Shown here one piece after another: positions 24,801 through 37,514 of a stretch of 64,000 nucleotides of DNA (its first letter is position 1; each line of letters starts with the position of its first letter). The notes beneath the pieces are model-generated. The model ran no database searches and was not told where the DNA came from. It saw nothing but the letters and a program-made list of their open reading frames with translations. The position numbers were made by a program, and so were the translations under genes. Source of the DNA: Auanema rhodensis (lineage: Eukaryota > Animalia > Nematoda); contig OZ059895.1 in assembly GCA_964057225.1 (NCBI GenBank), positions 1,240,001 to 1,304,000 on the forward strand, in the 5' to 3' direction.

Positions 24801-27800
24801 AGCAATGTTGAGTGTACATGGAAACTCAACATACACTAATGCATCATTTTTCAAACGATCATAATTAATTTTTGTATTAAGCGTTTCTCAATGTAGTATA
24901 GTGCAATCGATGCGGATTTTTAAGCTGCGTCGATCTGTGTTATCAGATTTGCGCTAGCTTAAAAATGCACCGAGATATCAACTGATATAAGTTCACACTT
25001 ATATCCTCGATTTTCACCCTGAAGAATTAATTTTTTCGTTGAATAACATTGTCCATCGTCTTTGCCTTGAAAAAAAGAATCTAAAAACATCTACTTTTTG
25101 CTAAATTATTTTGAAATTTTTCGAAAAAATTTTTGTCAAAATGTTTTTGGAAGCAATGTTGAGTGTACATGGAAACTCAACATACACTAATGCATCATTT
25201 TTCAAACGATCATAACTAATTTTTGTATTAAGCGTTTCTCAATGTAGTATAGTGCATTCGATGCGGATTTTTAAGCTGCGTCGATCTGTGTTATCAGATT
25301 TCGCTAGCTTAAAAATGCACCGAGATATCAACTGATATAAGTTCACACTTATATCCTCGATTTTCACCCTGAAGAATTAATTTTTTCGTTGAATAACATT
25401 GTCCATCGTCGTTGCCTTGAAAAAAGGAATCTGAAAACATCTACTTTTTGCTAAATTATTTTGAAATTTTTCGAAAAAATTTTTGTCAAAATGTTTTTGG
25501 AAGCAATGTTGAGTGTACATGGAAACTCAACATACACTAATGCATCATTTTTCAAACGATCAGAACTAATTTTTGTATTAAGCGTTTCTCAATTTAGTAT
25601 AGTGCATTCGATGCGGATTTTTAAGCTGCGTCGATCTGTGTTATCAGATTTGCGCTAGCTGAAAAATGCACCGAGATATCAACTGATATAAGTTCACACT
25701 TATATCCTCGATTTTCACCCTGAAGAATTAATTTTTTCGTTGAATAACATTGTCCATCGTCTTTGCTTTGAAAAAAGGAATCTAAAAACATCTACTTTTT
25801 GCTAAATTATCTTGAAATTTTTCGAAAAAATTTTTGTCAAAATGTTTTTGGAAGCAATGTTGAGTGTACATGGAAACTCAACATACACTAATGCATCATT
25901 TTTCAAACGATCATAATTAATTTTTGTATTAAGCGTTTCTCAATGTAGTATAGTGCAATCGATGCGGATTTTTAAGCTGCGTCGATCTGTGTTATCAGAT
26001 TTGCGCTAGCTTAAAAATGCACCGAGATATCAACTGATATAAGTTCACACTTATATCTTCGATTTTCACCCTGAAGAATTAATTTTTTTGTTGAATAACA
26101 TTGTCCATCGTCTTTGCCTTGAAAAAAGGAATCTAAAAACATCTACTTTTTGCTAAATTATCTTGAAATTTTTCGAAAAAATTTTTGTCAAAATGTTTTT
26201 GGAAGCAATGTTGAGTGTACATGGAAACTCAACATACACTAATGCATCATTTTTCAAACGATCATAATTAATTTTTGTATTAAGCGTTTCTCAATGTAGT
26301 ATAGTGCAATCGATGCGGATTTTTAAGCTGCGTCGATCTGTGTTATCAGATTTGCGCTAGCTTAAAAATGCACCGAGATATCAACTGATATAAGTTCACA
26401 CATATATCCTCGATTTTCACCCTGAAGAATTAATTTTTTTGTTGAATAACATTGTCCATCGTCTTTGCCTTGAAAAAAAGAATCTAAAAACATCTACTTT
26501 TTGCTAAATTATTTTGAAATTTTTCGAAAAAATTTTTGTCAAAATGTTTTTGGAAGCAATGTTGAGTGTACATGGAAACTCAACATACACTAATGCATCA
26601 TTTTTCAAACGATCATAATTAATTTTTGTATTAAGCGTTTCTCAATGTAGTATAGTGCATTCGATGCGGATTTTTAAGCTGCGTCGATCTGTGTTATCAG
26701 ATTTGCGCTAGCTTAAAAATGCACCGAGATATCAACTGATATAAGTTCACACTTATATCCTCGATTTTCACCCTGAAGAATTAATTTTTTCGTTGAATAA
26801 CATTGTCCATCGTCGTTGCCTTGAAAAAAGGAATCTGAAAACATCTACTTTTTGCTAAATTATTTTGAAATTTTTCGAAAAAATTTTTGTCAAAATGTTT
26901 TTGGAAGCAATGTTGAGTGTACATGGAAACTCAACATACACTAATGCATCATTTTTCAAACGATCAGAACTAATTTTTGTATTAAGCGTTTCTCAATTTA
27001 GTATAGTGCATTCGATGCGGATTTTTAAGCTGCGTCGATCTGTGTTATCAGATTTGCGCTAGCTGAAAAATGCACCGAGATATCAACTGATATAAGTTCA
27101 CACTTATATCCTCGATTTTCACCCTGAAGAATTAATTTTTTCGTTGAATAACATTGTCCATCGTCTTTGCCTTGAAAAAAGGAATCTAAAAACATCTACT
27201 TTTTGCTAAATTATTTTGAAATTTTTCGAAAAAATTTTTGTCAAAATGTTTTTGGAAGCAATGTTGAGTGTACATGGAAACTCAACATACACTAATGCAT
27301 CATTTTTCAAACGATCATAACTAATTTTTGTATTAAGCGTTTCTCGATGTAGTATAGTGCATTCGATGCGGATTTTTAAGCTGCGTCGTTCTGTGTTATC
27401 AGATTTGCGCTAGCTTAAAAATGCACCGAGATATCAACTGATATAAGTTCACACATATATCCTCGATTTTCACCCTGAAGAATTAATTTTTTCGTTGAAT
27501 AACATTGTCCATCGTCTTTGCCTTGAAAAAAAGAATCTAAAAACATCTACTTTTTGCTAAATTATTTTGAAATTTTTCGAAAAAATTTTTGTCAAAATGT
27601 TTTTGGAAGCAATGTTGAGTGTACATGGAAACTCAACATACACTAATGCATCATTTTTCAAACGATCATAATTAATTTTTGTATTAAGCGTTTCTCAATG
27701 TAGTATAGTGCATTCGATGCGGATTTTTAAGCTGCGTCGATCTGTGTTATCAGATTTGCGCTAGCTTAAAAATGCACCGAGATATCAACTGATATAAGTT

Positions 27801-28121
27801 CACACTTATATCCTCGATTTTCACCCTGAAGAATTAATTTTTTTGTTGAATAACATTGTCCATCGTCTTTGCCTTGAAAAAAAGAATCTAAAAACATCTA
27901 CTTTTTGCTAAATTATCTTGAAATTTTTCGAAAAAATTTTTGTCAAAATGTTTTTGGAAGCAATGTTGAGTGTACATGGAAACTCAACATACACTAATGC
28001 ATCATTTTTCAAACGATCATAATTAATTTTTGTATTAAGCGTTTCTCAATGTAGTATAGTGCATTCGATGCGGATTTTTAAGCTGCGTCGATCTGTGTTA
28101 TCAGATTTGCGCTAGCTTAAA
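9831..28121 (+). repeat. Copy A of a large intra-array duplication (paralogous to ~37515-53713)
   Basis: Same ordered series of private variants as copy B, e.g. CCTCTATT at 16950/18705, TCACAACTA, AAAATCATC, GTTGAAAAAC, the 1-bp deletion GATTTCGCT at ~25301, and CGTCGTTGCC. Confidence 0.8.
24793..24798 (+). other. 14-bp deletion junction between TTTTTG direct repeats
   Basis: AAAAAATTTTTGGAAGC here versus consensus AAAAAATTTTTGTCAAAATGTTTTTGGAAGC. Confidence 0.93.
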
Positions 28122-29275
28122 AATGCACCGAGATATCAACTGATATAAGTTCACACTTATATCCTCGATTTTCACCCTGAAGAATTAATTTTTTCGTTGA
28201 ATAACATTGTCCATCGTCTTTGCCTTGAAAAAAAGAATCTAAAAACATCTACTTTTTGCTAAATTATTTTGAAATTTTTCGAAAAAATTTTTGTCAAAAT
28301 GTTTTTGGAAGCAATGTTGAGTGTACATGGAAACTCAACATACACTAATGCATCATTTTTCAAACGATCATAATTAATTTTTGTATTAAGCGTTTCTCAA
28401 TGTAGTATAGTGCATTCGATGCGGATTTTTAAGCTGCGTCGATCTGTGTTATCAGATTTGCGCTAGCTTAAAAATGCACCGAGATATCAACTGATATAAG
28501 TTCACACTTATATCCTCGATTTTCACCCTGAAGAATTGATTTTTTCGTTGAAAAACATTGTCCATCGTCTTTGCCTTGAAAAAAGGAATCTAAAAACATC
28601 TACTTTTTGCTAAATTATCTTGAAATTTTTCGAAAAAATTTTTGTCAAAATGTTTTTGGAAGCAATGTTGAGTGTACATGGAAACTCAACATAAACTAAT
28701 GCATCATTTTTCAAACGATCATAATTAATTTTTGTATTAAGCGTTTCTCAATGTAGTATAGTGCAATCGATGCGGATTTTTAAGCTGCGTCGATCTGTGT
28801 TATCAGATTTGCGCTAGCTTAAAAATGCACCGAGATATCAACTGATATAAGTTCACACTTATATCTTCGATTTTCACCCTGAAGAATTAATTTTTTTGTT
28901 GAATAACATTGTCCATCGTCTTTGCCTTGAAAAAAGGAATCTAAAAACATCTACTTTTTGCTAAATTATCTTGAAATTTTTCGAAAAAATTTTTGTCAAA
29001 ATGTTTTTGGAAGCAATGTTGAGTGTACATGGAAACTCAACATACACTAATGCATCATTTTTCAAACGATCATAATTAATTTTTGTATTAAGCGTTTCTC
29101 AATGTAGTATAGTGCATTCGATGCGGATTTTTAAGCTGCGTCGATCTGTGTTATCAGATTTGCGCTAGCTTAAAAATGCACCGAGATATCAACTGATATA
29201 AGTTCACACTTATATCCTCGATTTTCACCCTGAAGAATTAATTTTTTCGTTGAATAACATTGTCCATCGTCTTTG

Positions 29276-29283
29276 CCTTTGCT
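29276..29283 (+). other. 30-bp deletion junction
   Basis: CTTTGCCTTTGCTAAATT here; consensus GAAAAAAGGAATCTRAAAACATCTACTTTT is missing. ORF spacing 26865->29292 = 7x351-30. Confidence 0.93.
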
Positions 29284-32200
29284 AAATTATTTTGAAATTT
29301 TTCGAAAAAATTTTTGTCAAAATGTTTTTGGAAGCAATGTTGAGTGTACATGGAAACTCAACATACACTAATGCATCATTTTTCAAACGATCAGAACTAA
29401 TTTTTGTATTAAGCGTTTCTCAATTTAGTATAGTGCATTCGATGCGGATTTTTAAGCTGCGTCGATCTGTGTTATCAGATTTGCGCTAGCTGAAAAATGC
29501 ACCGAGATATCAACTGATATAAGTTCACACTTATATCCTCGATTTTCACCCTGAAGAATTAATTTTTTCGTTGAATAACATTGTCCATCGTCTTTGCCTT
29601 GAAAAAAGGAATCTAAAAACATCTACTTTTTGCTAAATTTTTTTGAAATTTTTCGAAAAAATTTTTGTCAAAATGTTTTTGAAAGCAATGTTGAGTGTAC
29701 ATGGAAAGTCAACATACACTAATGCATCATTTTTCAAACGATCATAACTAATTTTTGTATTAAGCGTTTCTCAATGTAGTAAAATGCATTCGATGCGGAT
29801 TTTTAAGCTGCGTCGATCTGTCTTATCAGATTTGCGCTAGCTTAAAAATGCACCGATATATCAACTGATATAAGTTCACACTTATATCCTCGATTTTCAC
29901 CCTGAAGAATTAATTTTTTCGTTGAATAACATTGTCCATCGTCTTTGCCTCGAAAAAAGGAATCTGAAAACATCTACTTTTTGCTAAATTATTTTGAAAT
30001 TTTTCGAAAAAATTTTTGTCAAAATGTTTTTGGAAGCAATGTTGAGTGTACATGGAAACTCAACATACACTAATGCATCATTTTTCAAACGATCATAATT
30101 AATTTTTGTATTAAGCGTTTCTCAATTTAGTATAGTGCATTCGATGCGGATTTTTAAGCTGCGTCGATCTGTGTTATCAGATTTGCGCTAGCTTAAAAAT
30201 GCACCGAGATATCAACTGATATAAGTTCACACTTATATCCTCGATTTTCACCCTGAAGAATTAATTTTTTCGTTGAATAACATTGTCCATCGTCTTTGCC
30301 TTGAAAAAAGGAATCTGAAAACATCTACTTTTTGCTAAATTATTTTGAAATTTTTCGAAAAAATTTTTGTCAAAATGTTTTTGGAAGCAATGTTGAGTGT
30401 ACATGGAAACTCAACATACACTAATGCATCATTTTTCAAACGATCATAACTAATTTTTGTATTAAGCGTTTCTCAATTTAGTATAGTGCATTCGATGCGG
30501 ATTTTTAAGCTGCGTCGATCTGTGTTATCAGATTTGCGCTAGCTGAAAAATGCACCGAGATATCAACTGATATAAGTTCACACTTATATCCTCGATTTTC
30601 ACCCTGAAGAATTAATTTTTTCGTTGAATAACATTGTCCATCGTCTTTGCCTTGAAAAAAGGAATCTAAAAACATCTACTTTTTGCTAAATTATTTTGAA
30701 ATTTTTCGAAAAAATTTTTGTCAAAATGTTTTTGGAAGCAATGTTGAGTGTACATGGAAACTCAACATACACTAATGCATCATTTTTCAAACGATCATAA
30801 CTAATTTTTGTATTAAGCGTTTCTTAATGTAGTATAGTGCATTCGATGCGGATTTTTAAGCTGCGTCGTTCTGTGTTATCAGATTTGCGCTAGCTTAAAA
30901 ATGCACCGAGATATCAACTGATATAAGTTCACACATATATCCTCGATTTTCACCCTGAAGAATTAATTTTTTCGTTGAATAACATTGTCCATCGTCTTTG
31001 CCTTGAAAAAAAGAATCTAAAAACATCTACTTTTTGCTAAATTATTTTGAAATTTTTCGAAAAAATTTTTGTCAAAATGTTTTTGGAAGCAATGTTGAGT
31101 GTACATGGAAACTCAACATACACTAATGCATCATTTTTCAAACGATCATAATTAATTTTTGTATTAAGCGTTTCTCAATGTAGTATAGTGCATTCGATGC
31201 GGATTTGTAAGCTGCGTCGATCTGTGTTATCAGATTTGCGCTAGCTTAAAAATGCACCGAGATATCAACTGATATAAGTTCACACATATATCCTCGATTT
31301 TCACCCTGAAGAATTAATTTTTTCGTTGAATAACATTGTCCATCGTCTTTGCCTTGAAAAAAAGAATCTAAAAACATCTACTTTTTGCTAAATTATTTTG
31401 AAATTTTTCGAAAAAATTTTTGTCAAAATGTTTTTGGAAGCAATGTTGAGTGTACATGGAAACTCAACATACACTAATGCATCATTTTTCAAACGATCAT
31501 AATTAATTTTTGTATTAAGCGTTTCTCAATGTAGTATAGTGCATTCGATGCGGATTTTTAAGCTGCGTCGATCTGTGTTATCAGATTTGCGCTAGCTTAA
31601 AAATGCACCGAGATATCAACTGATATAAGTTCACACTTATATCCTCGATTTTCACCCTGAAGAATTAATTTTTTCGTTGAATAACATTGTCCATCGTCTT
31701 TGCCTTGAAAAAAGGAATCTAAAAACATCTACTTTTTGCTAAATTATTTTGAAATTTTTCGAAAAAATTTTTGTCAAAATGTTTTTGGAAGCAATGTTGA
31801 GTGTACATGGAAACTCAACATACACTAATGCATCATTTTTCAAACAATCATAATTAATTTTTGTATTAAGCGTTTCTCAATTTAGTATAGTGCATTCGAT
31901 GCGGATTTTTAAGCTGCGTCGATCTGTGTTATCAGATTTGCGCTAGCTTAAAAATGCACCGAGATATCAACTGATATAAGTTCACACTTATATCCTCGAT
32001 TTTCACCCTGAAGAATTAATTTTTTCGTTGAATAACATTGTCCATCGTCTTTGCCTTGAAAAAAGGAATCTGAAAACATCTACTTTTTGCTAAATTATTT
32101 TGAAATTTTTCGAAAAAATTTTTGTCAAAATGTTTTTGGAAGCAATGTTGAGTGTACATGGAAACTCAACATACACTAATGCATCATTTTTCAAACGATC

Positions 32201-35200
32201 ATAACTAATTTTTGTATTAAGCGTTTCTCAATTTAGTATAGTGCATTCGATGCGGATTTTTAAGCTGCGTCGATCTGTGTTATCAGATTTGCGCTAGCTG
32301 AAAAATGCACCGAGATATCAACTGATATAAGTTCACACTTATATCCTTGATTTTCACCCTGAAGAATTAATTTTTTCGTTGAATAACATTGTCCATCGTC
32401 TTTGCCTTGAAAAAAGGAATCTAAAAACATCTACTTTTTGCTAAATTATTTTGAAATTTTTCGAAAAAATTTTTGTCAAAATGTTTTTGGAAGCAATGTT
32501 GAGTGTACATGGAAACTCAACATACACTAATGCATCATTTTTCAAACGATCATAATTAATTTTTGTATTAAGCGTTTCTCAATGTAGTATAGTGCATTCG
32601 ATGCGGATTTTTAAGCTGCGTCGATCTGTGTTATCAGATTTGCGCTAGCTTAAAAATGCACCGAGATATCAACTGATATAAGTTCACACTTATATCCTCG
32701 ATTTTCACCCTGAACAATTAATTTTTTCGTTGAATAACATTGTCCATCGTCTTTGCCTTGAAAAAAGGAATCTGAAAACATCTACTTTTAGCTAAATTAT
32801 TTTGAAATTTTTCGAAAAAATTTTTGTCAAAATGTTTTTGGAAGCAATGTTGAGTGTACATGGAAACTCAACATACACTAATGCATCATTTTTCAAACGA
32901 TCAGAACTAATTTTTGTATCAAGCGTTTCTCAATGTAGTATAGTGCATTCGATGCGGATTTTTAAGCTGCGTCGATCTGTGTTATCAGATTTGCGCTAGC
33001 TTAAAAATGCACCGAGATATCAACTGATATAAGTTCACACTTATATCCTCGATTTTCACCCTGAAGAATTAATTTTTTCGTTGAATAACATTGTCCATCG
33101 TCTTTGCCTTGAAAAAAGGAATCTAAAAACATCTACTTTTTGCTAAATTATTTTGAAATTTTTCGAAAAAATTTTTGTCAAAATGTTTTTGGAAGCAATG
33201 TTGAGTGTACATGGAAACTCAACATACACTAATGCATCATTTTTCAAACGATCATAATTAATTTTTGTATTAAGCGTTTCTCAATTTAGTATAGTGCATT
33301 CGATGCGGATTTTTAAGCTGCGTCGATCTGTGTTATCAGATTTGCGCTAGCTTAAAAATGCACCGAGATATCAACTGATATAAGTTCACACTTATATCCT
33401 CGATTTTCACCCTGAAGAATTAATTTTTTCGTTGAATAACATTGTCCATCGTCTTTGCCTTGAAAAAAAGAATCTAAAAACATCTACTTTTTGCTAAATT
33501 ATTTTGAAAGTTTTCGAAAAAATTTTTGTCAAAATGTTTTTGGAAGCAATGTTGAGTGTACATGGAAACTCAACATACACTAATGCATCATTTTTCAAAC
33601 GATCATAACTAATTTTTGTATTAAGCGTTTCTCAATGTAGTATAGTGCATTCGATGCGGATTTTTAAGCTGCGTCGATCTGTGTTATCAGATTTGCGCTA
33701 ACTTAAAAATGCACCGAGATATCAACTGATATAAGTTCACACTTATATCCTCGATTTTCACCCTGAAGAATTAATTTTTTCGTTGAATAACATTGTCCAT
33801 CGTCTTTGCCTTGAAAAAAGGAATCTGAAAACATCTACTTTTTGCTAAATTATTTTGAAATTTTTCGAAAAAATTTTTGTCAAAATGTTTTTGGAAGCAA
33901 TGTTGAGTGTACATGGAAACTCAACATACACTAATGCATCATTTTTCAAACGATCAGAACTAATTTTTGTATTAAGCGTTTCTCAATTTAGTATAGTGCA
34001 TTCGATGCGGATTTTTAAGCTGCGTCGATCTGTGTTATCAGATTTGCGCTAGCTGAAAAATGCACCGAGATATCAACTGATATAAGTTCACACTTATATC
34101 CTCGATTTTCACCCTGAAGAATTAATTTTTTCGTTGAATGACATTGTCCATCGTCTTTGCCTTGAAAAAAGGAATCTGAAAACATCTACTTTTTGCTAAA
34201 TTATTTTGAAATTTTTCGAAAAAATTTTTGTCAAAATGTTTTTGGAAGCAATGTTGAGTGTACATGGAAACTCAACATACACTAATGCATCATTTTTCAA
34301 ACGATCAGAACTAATTTTTGTATTAAGCGTTTCTCAATTTAGTATAGTGCATTCGATGCGGATTTTTAAGCTGCGTCGATCTGTGTTATCAGATTTGCGC
34401 TAGCTGAAAAATGCACCGAGATATCAACTGATATAAGTTCACACTTATATCCTCGATTTTCACCCTGAAGAATTAATTTTTTCGTTGAATAACATTGTCC
34501 ATCGTCTTTGCCTTGAAAAAAGGAATCTAAAAACATCTACTTTTTGCTAAATTATTTTGAAATTTTTCGAAAAAATTTTTGTCAAAATGTTTTTGGAAGC
34601 AATGTTGAGTGTACATGGAAACTCAACATACACTAATGCATCATTTTTCAAACGATCATAACTAATTTTTGTATTAAGCGTTTCTCAATGTAGTATAGTG
34701 CAATCGATGCGGATTTTTAAGCTGCGTCGATCTGTGTTATCAGATTTGCGCTAGCTTAAAAATGCACCGAGATATCAACTGATATAAGTTCACACTTATA
34801 TCCTCGATTTTCACCCTGAAGAATTAATTTTTTCGTTGAATAACATTGTCCATCGTCTTTGCCTTGAAAAAAGGAATCTAAAAACATCTACTTTTTGCTA
34901 AATTATTTTGAAATTTTTCGAAAAAATTTTTGTCAAAATGTTTTTGGAAGCAATGTTGAGTGTACATGGAAACTCAACATACACTAATGCATCATTTTTC
35001 AAACGATCATAACTAATTTTTGTATTAAGCGTTTCTCAATTTAGTATAGTGCATTCGATGCGGATTTTCAAGCTGCGTCGATCTGTGTTATCAGATTTGC
35101 GCTAGCTTAAAAATGCACCGAGATATCAACTGATATAAGTTCACACATATATCCTCGATTTTCACCCTGAAGAATTAATTTTTTCGTTGAATAACATTGT

Positions 35201-37514
35201 CCATCGTCTTTGCCTTGAAAAAAAGAATCTAAAAACATCTACTTTTTGCTAAATTATTTTGAAATTTTTCGAAAAAATTTTTGTCAAAATGTTTTTGGAA
35301 GCAATGTTGAGTGTACATGAAAACTCAACATACAATAATGCATCATTTTTCAAACGATCATAATTAATTTTTGTATTAAGCGTTTCTCAATGTAGTATAG
35401 TGCATTCGATGCGGATTTTTAAGCTGCGTCGATCTGTGTTATCAGATTTGCGCTAGCTTAAAAATGCACCGAGATATCAACTGATATAAGTTCACACTTA
35501 TATCCTCGATTTTCACCCTGAAGAATTAATTTTTTCGTTGAATAACATTGTCCATCGTCTTTGCCTTGAAAAAAGGAATCTGAAAACATCTACTTTTAGC
35601 TAAATTATTTTGAAATTTTTCGAAAAAATTTTTGTCAAAATGTTTTTGGAAGCAATGTTGAGTGTACATGGAAACTCAACATACACTAATGCATCATTTT
35701 TCAAACGATCAGAACTAATTTTTGTATTAAGCGTTTCTCAATTTAGTATAGTGCATTCGATGCGGATTTTTAAGCTGCGTCGATCTGTGTTATCAGATTT
35801 GCGCTAGCTGAAAAATGCACCGAGATATCAACTGATATAAGTTCACACTTATATCCTCGATTTTCACCCTGAAGAATTAATTTTTTCGTTGAATAACATT
35901 GTCCATCGTCTTTGCCTTGAAAAAAGGAATCTAAAAACGTCTACTTTTTGCTAAATTATTTTGAAATTTTTCGAAAAAATTTTTGTCAAAATGTTTTTGG
36001 AAGCAATGTTGAGTGTACATGGAAACTCAACATACACTAATGCATCATTTTTCAAACGATCATAACTAATTTTTGTATTAAGCGTTTCTCAATGTAGTAT
36101 AGTGCATTCGATGCGGATTTTTAAGCTGCGTCGATCTGTGTTATCAGATTTGCGCTAGCTTAAAAATGCACCGAGATATCAACTGATATAAGTTCACACT
36201 TATATCCTCGATTTTCACCCTGAAGAATTAATTTTTTCGTTGAATAACATTGTCCATCGTCTTTGCCTTGAAAAAAGGAATCTAAAAACATCTACTTTTT
36301 GCTAAATTATTTTGAAATTTTTCGAAAAAATTTTTGTCAAAATGTTTTTGGAAGCAATGTTGAGTGTACATGGAAACTCAACATACACTAATGCATCATT
36401 TTTCAAACGATCATAATTAATTTTTGTATTAAGCGTTTCTCAATTTAGTATAGTGCATTCGATGCGGATTTTTAAGCTGCGTCGATCTGTGTTATCAGAT
36501 TTGCGCTAGCTTAAAAATGCACCGAGATATCAACTGATATAAGTTCACACTTATATCCTCGATTTTCACCCTGAAGAATTAATTTTTTCGTTGAATAACA
36601 TTGTCCATCGTCTTTGCCTTGAAAAAAAGAATCTAAAAACATCTACTTTTTGCTAAATTATTTTGAAATTTTTCGAAAAAATTTTTGTCAAAATGTTTTT
36701 GGAAGCAATGTTGAGTGTACATGGAAACTCAACATACACTAATGCATCATTTTTCAAACGATCAGAACTAATTTTTGTATTAAGCGTTTCTCAATTTAGT
36801 ATAGTGCATTCGATGCGGATTTTTAAGCTGCGTCGATCTGTGTTATCAGATTTGCGCTAGCTGAAAAATGCACCGAGATATCAACTGATATAAGTTCACA
36901 CTTATATCCTCGATTTTCACCCTGAAGAATTAATTTTTTCGTTGAATAACATTGTCCATCGTCTTTGCCTTGAAAAAAGGAATCTAAAAACATCTACTTT
37001 TTGCTAAATTATTTTGAAATTTTTCGAAAAAATTTTTGTCAAAATGTTTTTGGAAGCAATGTTGAGTGTACATGGAAACTCAACATACACTAATGCATCA
37101 TTTTTCAAACGATCATAACTAATTTTTGTATTAAGCGTTTCTCAATGTAGTATAGTGCATTCGATGCGGATTTTTAAGCTGCGTCGATCTGTGTTATCAG
37201 ATTTGCGCTAGCTTAAAAATGCACCGAGATATCAACTGATATAAGTTCACACTTATATCCTCGATTTTCACCCTGAAGAATTAATTTTTTCGTTGAATAA
37301 CATTGTCCATCGTCTTTGCCTTGAAAAAAGGAATCTGAAAACATCTACTTTTTGCTAAATTATTTTGAAATTTTTCGAAAAAATTTTTGTCAAAATGTTT
37401 TTGGAAGCAATGTTGAGTGTACATGGAAACTCAACATACACTAATGCATCATTTTTCAAACGATCAGAACTAATTTTTGTATTGAGCGTTTCTCAATTTA
37501 GTATAGTGCATTCG

